This document shows positions 1-9,569 of a stretch of DNA of 32,000 nucleotides, piece after piece. The DNA is from Oleiagrimonas sp. C23AA (GTDB lineage Bacteria; Pseudomonadota; Gammaproteobacteria; Xanthomonadales; Rhodanobacteraceae). The number at the start of each line of letters is the position of its first letter. The stretch's first letter is position 1. Both the position numbers and the translations under genes were made by a program. The notes beneath the pieces were generated by a model that did not search any database, was not told the DNA's origin, and saw only the letters and a list, made by a program, of their open reading frames with translations. The stretch spans positions 31,316 through 63,315 of the forward strand of contig NZ_JAARLY010000011.1 of NCBI RefSeq assembly GCF_011759385.1, read 5' to 3'.

Positions 1-2
1 CC

Positions 3-971
3 TACCAGCACGGCGGCGGCGGCACCGCGGCACGCGCCGCCGGTGCGCGCTGGCTTGAGCCACTGCTGGGCCGCACCGATGCGGCCTTGACCGTGCTCGC
101 CCCCGGCGCGCAGGCGGCACTGGCCGCGGCCATACTCAGCGCCAGCGCCAACGGCGATAGCGTGCTGGTCGAGCCATGGGTGTATCCCGGCCTGCCCGCC
201 GCCGCCCGCATGTTGGGCCGCGTCGTTCGCGCGGTGGCCACCGACGCCGAAGGCATGCGTCCGGATGCGCTGGAGCAGGCGCTGCGTGCCGGTGCGCGGC
301 TGCTGTATCTCAATCCCACACTTCAAAATCCCACCACGCACACCATGCCGGCCATGCGCCGCGCCGCCATCGCCGCACTGCTGGAGCGTTACGACGCCCG
401 TCTGATCGAGGATGATCCGTACGCGCGCCTGGCCAGTCACGCCCCGGCACCCATCGCCAGGCTGGCTCCTCGACACACGTTTTACGTCTCGACCCTGGCC
501 AAGTGCCTGACGCCCGGCCTGCGCCTGGCCTTCGTGCGCCTGCCGGGTGCCACGGCGAGCGACCCCTTTCTGGCTGCTTTGCACGCGCTCAGCGTGATGC
601 CCTCGCCGCTGCATGGCGCGCTGCTCACGCAGTGGATTGGCAGCGGTCTGGCCGAACAGCTGGCCAGCGCGGTGCGTGAGGAGGCCCGTCAGCGCCAGCG
701 CATCGCCCGCCTGTGCCTGTCCGGCGCCACCAGCACCGACCAGGGCATTCATCTGTGGCACGCGCTGCCTGCGCCCTGGACCGCACCGGCGCTGATGGCC
801 AGGGCGCGCGGCGAAGGGCTTGCCTTGATGCCCTCGCAGGCCTTTCAGGCAACCCTAGACACCGATGACACCCCGGCCGCCTTGCGCCTTTCACTGGGCG
901 CGGCCGCCGATCGGCACCAGCTCAAGACCGCCCTGGAACGCCTGCGCGAGTTGATGACGCACGCGCCTTGA
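3..971 (+). CDS. MocR/GntR-type PLP-dependent aminotransferase-domain protein, C-terminal part (5' end outside window)
   Basis: Frame 3 is open from the window edge (YQHGGGGTAARAAGARWLEPLLGRTDAALTVLAPGAQ...), so the Met at 87 in the track is internal. The sequence is fold-type-I aminotransferase-like and includes STLAKCLTPGLRLAF, a PLP-lysine context. Stop codon at 969-971. Confidence 0.75.
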   Translation, partial: YQHGGGGTAARAAGARWLEPLLGRTDAALTVLAPGAQAALAAAILSASANGDSVLVEPWVYPGLPAAARMLGRVVRAVATDAEGMRPDALEQALRAGARLLYLNPTLQNPTTHTMPAMRRAAIAALLERYDARLIEDDPYARLASHAPAPIARLAPRHTFYVSTLAKCLTPGLRLAFVRLPGATASDPFLAALHALSVMPSPLHGALLTQWIGSGLAEQLASAVREEARQRQRIARLCLSGATSTDQGIHLWHALPAPWTAPALMARARGEGLALMPSQAFQATLDTDDTPAALRLSLGAAADRHQLKTALERLRELMTHAP

Positions 972-1105
972 CGGGATGGGCTCATGCGCCGCCTGGCCTC
1001 GCGACCGGGCTTAAGTCGCGCTTGGCGAAGGCGTGGGTGACTCGTATGCTCGCCGGGCGTCTTTCGGCTGCTGTCAGCCACCTTTCCCCCTCGCAAGGAC
1101 CCACC

Positions 1106-1612
1106 ATGTCGCTTTCCATGCACCAGATGTTCGTTCCCGTGACCACGCGCGCGCTCAGCAATCTTGCCGCCGTGCTGAAGAAAGGCCAGGCCTGGGCCGC
1201 CGACCAGCAAGTCGACGACGCCGTGATGCTGGGCACGCGACTGATACCCAACATGCTGCCTCTGTCCAAGCAGGTGCAGATCGCCACCGACATGGCCAAG
1301 AACGGCGCCGCGCGCCTGGCCGGCGTGGAACCGATCCCGTTCGAGGACAACGAGACCGACTTCGGCCAGCTGCTGGCCCGTCTGGAGCGCGCCATCGAAA
1401 TCCTGACCGCTTTCACGCCCGAGCAGCTGGAAGGCTCCGAAACGCGCAGCGTGGTGTTGAAGCTGCGCAGCGGTGAGCTGAACTTCCAGGGTCTGGACTA
1501 CGTGCAGAACTTCGTGCTGCCCAACGTGTTCTTCCACTGCACCACCGCCTACAACATCCTGCGCCAGGCCGGCGTGCCACTGGGCAAGATGGACTTCCTC
1601 GGCGGCGTGTGA
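1106..1612 (+). CDS. DUF1993-family protein (DinB-like helical bundle, function unknown)
   Basis: Track ORF is 968-1612. I chose the ATG at 1106 because it is preceded by AAGGA (1095-1099). The product MSLSMHQMFVPVTTRALSNL...FFHCTTAYNILRQAGVPLGKMDFLG matches my recollection of DUF1993 proteins. Confidence 0.7.
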   Translation: MSLSMHQMFVPVTTRALSNLAAVLKKGQAWAADQQVDDAVMLGTRLIPNMLPLSKQVQIATDMAKNGAARLAGVEPIPFEDNETDFGQLLARLERAIEILTAFTPEQLEGSETRSVVLKLRSGELNFQGLDYVQNFVLPNVFFHCTTAYNILRQAGVPLGKMDFLGGV

Positions 1613-1635
1613 CGCGCACACCTTGCCAATGGCGC

Positions 1636-2334
1636 TCAGGGCACGATGTCACTGCCCTGCTGCGCCATCGGCAGCACCACCAGCTCGTGCACCTCCATGT
1701 GCGAGGGCTGATCGAGCGCGTACATCACCGCGCGCGCCACATCCTCGCTTTTCAGCATGTCCGGCTTGGGCTCGTCGAAGAAGGCGGTATCGACCATGCC
1801 CGGCTCGATCAGTGTCACGCGCACGCCATGCTTGCCCACTTCCTTGCGAAATCCGTGTCCAATGCCGGTCACGGCCCACTTGCTGGCGCTGTACATGGAA
1901 CCGGGCAGCGAGCGGCGCCCGGCAATCGAACCGGTGATGACCACGTGCCCGCGCGATTCGCGAATGGCCTCGGAGGTGACCTGAAGTGTCAGCGCCAGAC
2001 CATACACATTGGTCATCAGCATGGACTTCCATCCATCCGGATCGGCGCCACTGAAACCACCGGGCGAACCACCGGTACCGGCATTGGCAAAGACCACGTC
2101 AAGACGGCCCCATTTTTCCTTCACCGCTGCCAGCGCGGACTTCAGATCGTCCTCGCTGCTGACATCGGCCGACAGCCCCAGGACCTGCGCGCCCAGCTCC
2201 TTTTCCAGGGCTTCCAGCTTCTTGGCGCTGCGTGCCAGCATGGCCACCTTCCAGCCCCGCGCCACGGCCTGGCGCGCCACCGCCTCGCCAATGCCCGAGG
2301 AGGCGCCGGTAATAAGCATCACGGTATCGCTCAT
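1636..2334 (-). CDS. Short-chain dehydrogenase/reductase (SDR) family oxidoreductase
   Basis: Track ORF is 1636-2403. The internal ATG at 2334 is preceded by GGAGA. The N-terminus MSDTVMLITGASSGIGEAV carries the TGxxxGxG Rossmann motif, and YSASK provides the YxxxK catalytic motif. Confidence 0.9.
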   Translation of the reverse strand: MSDTVMLITGASSGIGEAVARQAVARGWKVAMLARSAKKLEALEKELGAQVLGLSADVSSEDDLKSALAAVKEKWGRLDVVFANAGTGGSPGGFSGADPDGWKSMLMTNVYGLALTLQVTSEAIRESRGHVVITGSIAGRRSLPGSMYSASKWAVTGIGHGFRKEVGKHGVRVTLIEPGMVDTAFFDEPKPDMLKSEDVARAVMYALDQPSHMEVHELVVLPMAQQGSDIVP

Positions 2335-2481
2335 CGCATCTCTCCACTTCGCGTGAAAGCCACCAAGCCTAAGCACCCAAGCTGGAATCTGCGCCGAACG
2401 CACCGATGCGCTTTAGGTTGTGGCCAGCATGCGCGCGCCATAATCGGCCATCTGTGAGACGGCGATGGACACGGAGCAGCC

Positions 2482-3180
2482 ATGAGCGACACCCCCACCC
2501 CCATGAAGATCGACTTCGTTTCCGATGTGGTATGCCCCTGGTGCGCGATTGGACTGAAGTCGCTGGAGCGGGCTATTGAGCGCCTGGAAGGTGAGATCGA
2601 GGCGCACATCCACGTGCAACCATTCGAACTGCATCCGGACCTGGGCGCCGAGGGTGACAACGCCACCGAGCACCTGATGGCCAAATACGGCATCGACCGC
2701 GCCACCGTAGAGCGCAACCGGGAGGCGATCCGACAGCGCGGCCAGGATGTCGGTTTCGACTTTGCCACCTCGCACGAATCGCGTGTGTACAACACCTTCG
2801 ATGCGCACCGTCTGCTGCACTGGGCCGGCGAGCATAGTGAACGTGACCAGCTGGCGTTAAAGCATGCGCTGCTGCGCGCCTATTTCACGCTGGGCCTGGA
2901 CGTCAGCGACCACGAAGTGCTGCAGCGCTTGGCCAGTGAGGTCGGCCTGGACGGCGTGGAGGCAATGGAGGTGTTGCGCGAAGGCCGCTATGCCGACAGC
3001 GTACGCGAACGCGAACACTTCTACGCCAATGAGAACGTGCGTTCGGTGCCATCGGTGATCATCAACGACGTGCACCTGATCCAGGGCGGCCAACCGCCGG
3101 AAGTATTCGAGCGGGCGCTTCGTGAACTGGCCCGGCGTGAGCGCACCGGTGACACGACGCGCTCGGCCACAGGTAACTAG
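2482..3180 (+). CDS. DsbA-family (FrnE-like) thiol:disulfide oxidoreductase
   Basis: KIDFVSDVVCPWCAIGLKSLERAI contains a CPWC thioredoxin-fold active site in the layout typical of the DsbA/FrnE family. GGAG lies upstream of the ATG at 2482. Confidence 0.85.
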   Translation: MSDTPTPMKIDFVSDVVCPWCAIGLKSLERAIERLEGEIEAHIHVQPFELHPDLGAEGDNATEHLMAKYGIDRATVERNREAIRQRGQDVGFDFATSHESRVYNTFDAHRLLHWAGEHSERDQLALKHALLRAYFTLGLDVSDHEVLQRLASEVGLDGVEAMEVLREGRYADSVREREHFYANENVRSVPSVIINDVHLIQGGQPPEVFERALRELARRERTGDTTRSATGN

Positions 3181-3184
3181 TCAG

Positions 3185-6151
3185 TCAGTCGGGCAGCGCT
3201 TCCAGCGGCGCCGGGCGCCCCAGCAGGAAGCCCTGTGCCAGCTCGCAGCCCATGGCCTTGAGCGCTTCGCACTGCGCGGACGTTTCGATGCCCTCGGCGA
3301 TCACGCGGATATCCAGCGCCTGTGACAGCGCCAGGATCGCCTCGACCACGGTGGAACTGCTGGAGCCAGAGCGGTCCAGCGCATGCACGAAGGTGCGATC
3401 GATCTTCAGCATGCGAAGCGGCAATGAATGCAGATAGCTCAGTGATGAGTAACCGGTGCCGAAATCGTCCAGCGCTGCACCCACGCCTGCCACACGCAAG
3501 CGCTCCAGGATGGCGTGGACATGCTCGGGATCGTCCATCAACGAGCCTTCGGTGACTTCGATGATCAGTCGCTCCGGAGCCAGGTCCGCCCGCTCGATCA
3601 TCTCGATCAGGCGCGTGTCGAAATTGCTGTGGCGCAAATGCTGGGTGGATACGTTGAGAGTGAGAAAGGCATCGGCCGGACCCGAACGCACCATGCAGCG
3701 GCAGCTGATCTCGAACATGCGCCAGTCGATGGCATCGATGCTGCCCGAGTCCTCGGCCACCTGCAAAAACGCGTCCGGTGACAACAACCCGCGACGCGGA
3801 TGCTGCCAGCGCAACAACGCCTCGTAGCCGACGATCTGGCCATCATCCAGGCGGCATATGGGCTGGAAGTGGGGCACGAACTGGTCGCGGACCAGCGCCT
3901 GACGCAACTCGCCCTCCAACGTCAGCACGTCGACCATGTCACGGGCCAGCGCCTCGTCGAACATCTCAAAGCGCTTGCGGCCGTGTTGCTTGGCCCGATA
4001 AAGCGCGATATCGGCGTCGCGCACCAGTGCGTTGGGGTCTTGGTAACGCTCATCGCCGATCGCGATGCCGACGCTGGTGGAAGGTTCTATTTCACGCCCT
4101 TCAATGTGCAGCGGCTGACTGACGGCCGCCAGGATGCGTCGGGCCACGTTGATGGCATCCTGAGGCGACTGGATCTCCTCCAACAACACGGCAAATTCAT
4201 CGCCGGACACGCGCGCCACCATATCCGGCTGTCGCATACAGCTGGCCATGCGTTCACCCAGCGCACGCAGCAGGTTGTCGCCTGCCAGGTGTCCCAGGCT
4301 GTCGTTGACGATCTTGAAGCGGTCCACGTCCATGTACAGCAAGGCGCAACGACGCTCGGGCTCACGTCGGATGCGCCCGAGCACGCGTTGCAGGCGATCA
4401 CGCAGATAAGCACGATTGGGCAGGCCGGTGAGCGGATCGTGCATGACCTGGTGACGCAGCTGCTCCTGCGCGCGCTCGCGCTCGGAAATCTCCTTTCGCA
4501 GCGCCTGGGTGCGCTCGGCCACGCGCTGCTCCAACTCGGTATTGGCGCGCTGCAGCGAGTCGGCGTCGCGGCGCCGCTGCAGGCTGTTGGCCACCTGCGA
4601 GGCGACGAACGCCAGCAGTTCCTGCTCCGGCTCGCCGTAGGGCACGCTCTCGGTGTAGCTCTGTACCGCGATCAGGCCCAACGTACGATCGCCGACGATA
4701 AGCGGCACACCCAACCAGAAGATCGCCGGCGTACCCAGTGCCATGGGCCCGATCAGACCTTCGGCGATCATCGACTCGGCGCGTTCGGCAGAGACCACCT
4801 GCGCGCCGTGATTGATGACGTACTCGCTGAGGCCATTGGCCAGCGGACGCGGATGGTACGGCTCACCGGTCACGTCAACGGCATAGGGAAAGAACAGCAG
4901 CGTGGCGGCATCATCGAGCAGCCCGATGAAGAAATTGTCGGCATTGATCAGCTCCCCGACCACGGTATGCACCTGCCGGTAGAATTCGTGCTGGTCGATG
5001 TCGGCCGTGGCCAGCTGGGCAATGTGGAACAGCGCTGCCTGCAAGCGTTCGGCACGCTGGCGCTCGAGCACCTCGGCCTTCAACTCGCCGATGGCATCGG
5101 CCAGCTCCTTGGTGCGCTGACGCACCCGCAGGGCCAGCTCCTGCGAGCTGCGCTTGCGCTCCAACGCAGTCAGGATATGGCTGCCGACAAATTCCAGCAG
5201 CGCCCGGTCATCGGCCGTGTAACCGATGCCCTGACGGTAACTTTGCACCACCACCACGCCATCAATGCGGCCATCGCGCAGCATCGGCACGCCCAGCCAA
5301 TCATGACTTTCCGGGCCGATGGATGCCAGCGGGCTGTTGACCTGGCGGTTGAGCTCATCAGTGCTGCCCATCAAGGCCTTGCCGCGCGTGATCACGTTCC
5401 AGGTCAGCGTGTCACGTAGTGCATCCAGCGGCACCTCGCCATCGCCAAAAGGCCGCACCGGGTCCTCGACATCGACGTAGTAGAGGAAACGCACCGTGGC
5501 CTGCGCGTTGTCGCACAGCACGATGAAAAAATTCTCGGCGTAGGTCAGCTGGCTGACGATACCGTGGATGCCACGCAGCATGCTGTCCATATCGCGGTCG
5601 GAGCCGGCCAGATCGGCAATGGCGAACAACGCGCGCTGCAGTGCCTCGGAACGCTCCAGCTGCTCATGCGAGCGGGTCAGCCGTGCCAATTCCAGTACAC
5701 GCCGCATCTGGCTTCCGCCCACCTGCAAGGCTTCTCCCAGGCGCTCCAGCAGACGCCGCGCACCGGCCGGCTCGGTCACCTGCACCAGCAGCACCGCCGG
5801 CTCCGGGTACCACAGGCGCACTGCCATTTGACAGCCGTCGGCGGCGAACCGCGGTGACATTGACACTGTCGCCGAATGCGCCAGCTCCAGCGCCTGCGGC
5901 GTGACACGCTGCGCTGGAGAGCACTGATAGTGCCCGCCCTCCAGTGCCCACAGCAGGCAGGCGTGACGACAATCGGGATCGCTATGAACAAGGTCCACGA
6001 GTACGGCCGCCACCTCGGCGGCGGTAACGGCCACCACCAGACGTGACAACCAGTGCGCCTGCAGTACCCCGCTGTCGGCGGCCGGTGGGCCGGCCTGCAC
6101 TTCGCTCATGGCTTTGAGGTTCTTGTCCAACGCATTCAAATCGATTTGCAC
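3185..6151 (-). CDS. GAF-GAF-GGDEF-EAL c-di-GMP turnover protein (diguanylate cyclase/phosphodiesterase)
   Basis: Two similar GAF-like modules (..ALFAIADLAGSDRDMDSMLRGIHGIVSQLTYAENFFIVL.. and ..ALFHIAQLATADIDQHEFYRQVHTVVGELINADNFFIGL..) are separated by a coiled-coil. The GGDEF domain has the variant motif SGDEF, with RQPD (RxxD) 5 residues upstream. EAL-domain motifs present: EALLRW, NVS, EVTE, DDFGTGYSSLSYL, KIDRTF, AEGIET, QGF. The start is uncertain: GTG at 6151 or ATG at 6109, and neither has a clear SD. Confidence 0.9.
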   Translation of the reverse strand: MQIDLNALDKNLKAMSEVQAGPPAADSGVLQAHWLSRLVVAVTAAEVAAVLVDLVHSDPDCRHACLLWALEGGHYQCSPAQRVTPQALELAHSATVSMSPRFAADGCQMAVRLWYPEPAVLLVQVTEPAGARRLLERLGEALQVGGSQMRRVLELARLTRSHEQLERSEALQRALFAIADLAGSDRDMDSMLRGIHGIVSQLTYAENFFIVLCDNAQATVRFLYYVDVEDPVRPFGDGEVPLDALRDTLTWNVITRGKALMGSTDELNRQVNSPLASIGPESHDWLGVPMLRDGRIDGVVVVQSYRQGIGYTADDRALLEFVGSHILTALERKRSSQELALRVRQRTKELADAIGELKAEVLERQRAERLQAALFHIAQLATADIDQHEFYRQVHTVVGELINADNFFIGLLDDAATLLFFPYAVDVTGEPYHPRPLANGLSEYVINHGAQVVSAERAESMIAEGLIGPMALGTPAIFWLGVPLIVGDRTLGLIAVQSYTESVPYGEPEQELLAFVASQVANSLQRRRDADSLQRANTELEQRVAERTQALRKEISERERAQEQLRHQVMHDPLTGLPNRAYLRDRLQRVLGRIRREPERRCALLYMDVDRFKIVNDSLGHLAGDNLLRALGERMASCMRQPDMVARVSGDEFAVLLEEIQSPQDAINVARRILAAVSQPLHIEGREIEPSTSVGIAIGDERYQDPNALVRDADIALYRAKQHGRKRFEMFDEALARDMVDVLTLEGELRQALVRDQFVPHFQPICRLDDGQIVGYEALLRWQHPRRGLLSPDAFLQVAEDSGSIDAIDWRMFEISCRCMVRSGPADAFLTLNVSTQHLRHSNFDTRLIEMIERADLAPERLIIEVTEGSLMDDPEHVHAILERLRVAGVGAALDDFGTGYSSLSYLHSLPLRMLKIDRTFVHALDRSGSSSSTVVEAILALSQALDIRVIAEGIETSAQCEALKAMGCELAQGFLLGRPAPLEALPD

Positions 6152-6421
6152 TGGCGGCCGCTGCCGAGCCAGCTACTCCCCCGTACCACTTGCCGGCGCC
6201 CCTGATTCGAGCGCCGCCATCTGCACTGGCCGAATCCATGGCAGACTACCACCGCTTGCTATCGAGCCGAAGCGGACCCAGCTTCAATGGATGGGTGTCG
6301 ATATACGCCACGTCCCCTCAGCGCGCGTATGATCGACAATCTAAGGCCGTATTCCGGAACATTCTCCCATGCGGCCAGTCCCACTATCAGGCTTATCGGC
6401 AGGATTCGCACGGGAATTAAC

Positions 6422-7306
6422 GTGAGCAAGGTAAAAGGCAACAAAAGCGCAGTCTGGATCGTGGTGGCCATCGTCCTTGTGGTGGCTGTGATCGCCGCGG
6501 TGCTTTACCTGCGAAACCGCACCCCGCAAGCGACGCCGACACCGGCGTCCGCCAGCAGTTCGGCGCCTGCCCAGGCGGCCAGCAGCGCGCAAGGGGAGCA
6601 TTACCCGATCTCGGCCGCCTCCACCGGCCCAGCGTCCGCTTCGTCCACACCGCTTCCAGCTCTGCACGCCAGCGACTCGGACGTGGTTCAGGCCTTCAGC
6701 GCCATGTCCGGCGGCGATGCCAAGGCCCTGCTCAAAAACAGCGACCTGATCCAGCGCGCGGTGGCGACCATCGATGCCCTGCCGGGCAAAAAGCTCAACG
6801 ACAACATCCTGCCGGTGCACAGCCCCAAGGGCAGCTTCGTTGTCACCGACAGCAATGGCCAGACGGTGATGGATGCGCGCAACTTCGACCGCTACAGCGC
6901 CTACATGCAGGTACTGGAATCGGTCGATACCCAGGCGCTGGTCAACTGGTATGTGGCCCATTACCCGCTGTTCCAGCAGGCTTACCGTGAGCAGGGTTAT
7001 CCCAAGGGCTACTTCAACGACCGCCTGATCCAGGTCATCGACATGCTGCTGGCCACACCCAACGCCGATGGCCCGGTGGTGCTGGATCGACCCAACGTGT
7101 TCTACACCTATGCCCAGCCGTCGCTGGAATCGCTCAGCGCCGGGCAGAAACTGCTGCTGCGCATGGGCCCGGAGAACGAGGCCAAGATCAAGGCCAAGTT
7201 GCGCGCCATCCGCACCGCGCTGACCGCGCACCCGCCGCAGGCACCGGCCACCACCAGCACGGCGCCGACGCCGGCCGGCGCCGCCTCGACCCTGCCCGCA
7301 CACTGA
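6422..7306 (+). CDS. DUF3014-like single-pass membrane protein
   Basis: Track ORF is 6287-7306. The GTG at 6422 gives VSKVKGNKSAVWIVVAIVLVVAVIAAVLYL, a short cytoplasmic tail plus a TM helix. This is followed by an Ala/Ser/Pro-rich linker and a conserved-looking globular part (..ILPVHSPKGSFVV..YVAHYPLFQQAYREQGYP..). Both the family assignment (from memory) and the start codon are uncertain. Confidence 0.6.
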   Translation: MSKVKGNKSAVWIVVAIVLVVAVIAAVLYLRNRTPQATPTPASASSSAPAQAASSAQGEHYPISAASTGPASASSTPLPALHASDSDVVQAFSAMSGGDAKALLKNSDLIQRAVATIDALPGKKLNDNILPVHSPKGSFVVTDSNGQTVMDARNFDRYSAYMQVLESVDTQALVNWYVAHYPLFQQAYREQGYPKGYFNDRLIQVIDMLLATPNADGPVVLDRPNVFYTYAQPSLESLSAGQKLLLRMGPENEAKIKAKLRAIRTALTAHPPQAPATTSTAPTPAGAASTLPAH

Positions 7307-7347
7307 CGCGCCCTCCCGCCGGAGCGGCCCGACACGTACAATGGTAT

Positions 7348-7376
7348 GTCCGCGCGCTGACGCGGACCTCCCTTTG
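7348..7376 (+). terminator. Weak hairpin between the DUF3014-like gene and dinG (possible terminator or dinG leader structure)
   Basis: GTCCGCG (7348-7354), loop CGCTGA, then CGCGGAC (7361-7367), followed by CTCCCTTTG. The stem is only 7 bp and the U-tract is poor. Confidence 0.25.
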
Positions 7377-7392
7377 CTGCCTGTCCGCCCCG

Positions 7393-9489
7393 ATGCTCGA
7401 CGATGCCACCAAGGACGCCATCCGCGCGGCCTACGCCAAACTCAAAGACGGCCTGCCGGGCTTCAAGGCGCGAGCCTCGCAGGGCAAGATGATTGCCGAA
7501 GTGGCCAAATCACTGGCCGAAGCCGGCGGCGCGGCGGTGATCGAGGCCCCCACCGGCACCGGCAAATCCATGGCCTATCTGATTGCTGGCGCCGCCGTAG
7601 CCCGCGCGCAGAAGAAAAAACTGCTGATCGCCACCGCTACCGTGGCGCTGCAGGAGCAGCTGATCGACCGAGATATTCCGCAGTATTTAAAGCTGTGCGG
7701 TGTCGAGGCCAAGGCCGCCCTGGCCAAGGGCCGCCAGCGCTATCTGTGTCCGCGCAACCTGGCCATGGCCGGGGCCGGGGCCGACGGCCCCAGCCAGGAA
7801 GGCTTTGCCTTCGATACCGATCTGGCGCTGTGGCAGCGTCCGCCCAAGGACGAGGAAACCCGCGCCCTGAAGCGCCTGGGCGAGGCCTTCAACAACGGCG
7901 AATGGAATGGCGATATCGATGCGCCACCGGTACCCGTGCCAGATATGGTGCGCGGCATGGTCACCACCAGCGCCGGCGGCTGCACCGGCCGCCGCTGTGG
8001 CTATTTCGCCAAGTGCCCGTTCTTCATCGCCCGTCGCGCCATTGGCGAGGCCGATATCGTGGTGGCCAACCAGGACTTGGTGCTGGCCGACCTGACCATG
8101 CCGCGCGAGGACGATGCCTGGGGCGGCGTGATCCTGCCCAAACCCGAGGACACCGTCTATCTGTTCGACGAGGCGCATCATGTGCCCGCCAAGGCCATCG
8201 AGCGCGGCGCCTCGGACGTGCATCTGGCCTCGACCATGCGCAGGCTGACGCGGCTGGACAAGCAGATTCACGCCGCCTACTCGCATACTGACAAGGAAAC
8301 CATCGCCAATATCAGCCTGGAAGAAGGCAGCGAGAAGCTGGCCGAACTGGGCGACATGCTCGAGGCGCTGGAGCGCGAAATCCGCGTCAGCTGGATGCCT
8401 TCGCCGGATGAGCGCGAGCCGATGTTCCGGGCCTCGCTGGGCCAGCTGCCGGCCGCCTGGGTCGAGCATGCCCAGGGCCTGCGCGATGCCACCATGGAGA
8501 TCCAGCGCTGGATGCGCGCGGTACGCCGTGCCGTGCTGGACATGGAAGGCGGCGGCCCGACCCAGGATGCGCTGGCCCGCGAACTGGGCATGGCGATGGA
8601 GCGCGTCGATCGCCAGGTGCGCACCTGGACCGCCTGGACCCGGCCCGACCCGGAAGGCCGCGCGCCGCTGGCGCGCTGGGTCACGCTGACCCAGGAACAG
8701 CAGGTGGTGTGCCATGCCTCGGCTGTGTCGGCTGGCGGCCTGCTGCACAACGTGCTGTGGGACAATGCGCATGCAGCAGTGATGACCTCGGCGACGCTCT
8801 CGGCCGGCGGCAGTTTCCGCGGCTTTGCCGATGCCGTGGGCCTGCCCAATGACGCGCTGACCCTGAGCCTGCCCTCGCCGTTCGACCTGACCCGCCAGGC
8901 GCGGCTGGAAGTGCCGCGCATCGAATCGCTGCCCGACAACCGCGAAGGCCACGCGCGGGACGTCGCCGACTGGCTGGATGCCAACCTTGACTGGGACGCC
9001 GGCAACCTGGTGCTGTTCACCTCGCGCGCCAAACTCGACCGCGTGCTGCAATTGCTGCCCATCGACAAGGTGCGCCAGGTCCGCGCGCAAGGCTCGCTAC
9101 CCAAGTCGCAGCTGGTGGCCGAGCACCGCGAGGATATCGAAGCCGGCCGTGGCAGCACGCTGTTCGGCCTGGCCTCATTCGGCGAAGGCCTGGATTTGCC
9201 CGGCAAGCTGTGTGAAACCGTGGTGGTGACCCAGCTGCCGTTCGCCGTGCCCACCGACCCGGTGGGCGCCACCTATGCCGAGTGGCTGGAGTCGCAGGGC
9301 CGCAATCCGTTCATCGAAGTCAGCGTGCCCGACGCCATCCGCATTCTCACCCAGTATTGCGGCCGCCTGATCCGCACCGAGGCCGACACCGGTCGCATTG
9401 TGCTGCTGGACCGACGCGTGGTCACCAAGCGCTACGGCGAGCGCATGCTGCGCGCGCTGCCGCCGTTCGAGCGCCGCGTCGAGCGCTGA
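7393..9489 (+). CDS. dinG: ATP-dependent DNA helicase DinG (XPD/Rad3-like Fe-S helicase)
   Basis: Walker A is APTGTGKSMAYL and the DEAH-box equivalent is FDEAHH. Four cysteines suit an Fe-S cluster (RYLCPRN ... GGCTGRRCGYFAKCPFF). The C-terminal helicase motifs (FTSRAKL, GEGLDLPG, RLIRTEADTGRIVLLD) and the 698-aa length are typical of DinG. Confidence 0.9.
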   Translation: MLDDATKDAIRAAYAKLKDGLPGFKARASQGKMIAEVAKSLAEAGGAAVIEAPTGTGKSMAYLIAGAAVARAQKKKLLIATATVALQEQLIDRDIPQYLKLCGVEAKAALAKGRQRYLCPRNLAMAGAGADGPSQEGFAFDTDLALWQRPPKDEETRALKRLGEAFNNGEWNGDIDAPPVPVPDMVRGMVTTSAGGCTGRRCGYFAKCPFFIARRAIGEADIVVANQDLVLADLTMPREDDAWGGVILPKPEDTVYLFDEAHHVPAKAIERGASDVHLASTMRRLTRLDKQIHAAYSHTDKETIANISLEEGSEKLAELGDMLEALEREIRVSWMPSPDEREPMFRASLGQLPAAWVEHAQGLRDATMEIQRWMRAVRRAVLDMEGGGPTQDALARELGMAMERVDRQVRTWTAWTRPDPEGRAPLARWVTLTQEQQVVCHASAVSAGGLLHNVLWDNAHAAVMTSATLSAGGSFRGFADAVGLPNDALTLSLPSPFDLTRQARLEVPRIESLPDNREGHARDVADWLDANLDWDAGNLVLFTSRAKLDRVLQLLPIDKVRQVRAQGSLPKSQLVAEHREDIEAGRGSTLFGLASFGEGLDLPGKLCETVVVTQLPFAVPTDPVGATYAEWLESQGRNPFIEVSVPDAIRILTQYCGRLIRTEADTGRIVLLDRRVVTKRYGERMLRALPPFERRVER

Positions 9490-9534
9490 ACATCCCGCGC
9501 CTTTAAACCCGGCGCACGGCGGCGGCATCCAAAC

Positions 9535-9563
9535 TTGCACCTGTCTTCAACGCGCGCGATATT
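9535..9563 (+). promoter_or_regulatory. Candidate sigma70-type promoter TTGCAC-N17-GATATT
   Basis: TTGCAC (9535-9540), a 17-nt spacer, then GATATT (9558-9563). The ATG of the 67-aa ORF starts at 9570, 7 nt after the -10 element, which would give a leaderless or near-leaderless mRNA. This rests on a sequence match only. Confidence 0.3.
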
Positions 9564-9569
9564 CACATC

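Noticed and set aside
3800-5419. A 539-aa ORF on the plus strand, antisense to the GGDEF-EAL gene. Similar long antisense ORFs occur at 845-1621, 7687-9090, 8277-9272, 12027-14216, 12275-13129, 14514-15713, 15744-16832, 17178-17978, 19762-20817, 22612-23814, 24249-25439 and 28933-29766.
   Set aside because: Their translations are Arg/Ala/Gly/His-rich low-complexity strings with no recognisable motifs. Each lies opposite a gene with clear family signatures. Stop-codon-poor antisense frames are expected in a genome of this GC content.
7300-7392. An SOS (LexA) box upstream of dinG.
   Set aside because: I find neither the E. coli-type CTGT-N8-ACAG motif nor the Xanthomonadales-type TTAG-N6-TACTA motif. 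There is only an imperfect palindrome around GTACAATGGTATGT, which is not convincing.
7393-9489. DinG-like helicase as a possible component of a phage-defence or type IV CRISPR-associated system.
   Set aside because: It has full-length housekeeping DinG architecture with the Fe-S cysteines. No nuclease, Cas, methylase or other defence partner is adjacent. Its neighbours (DUF3014-like, NnrU) are ordinary core-type genes.
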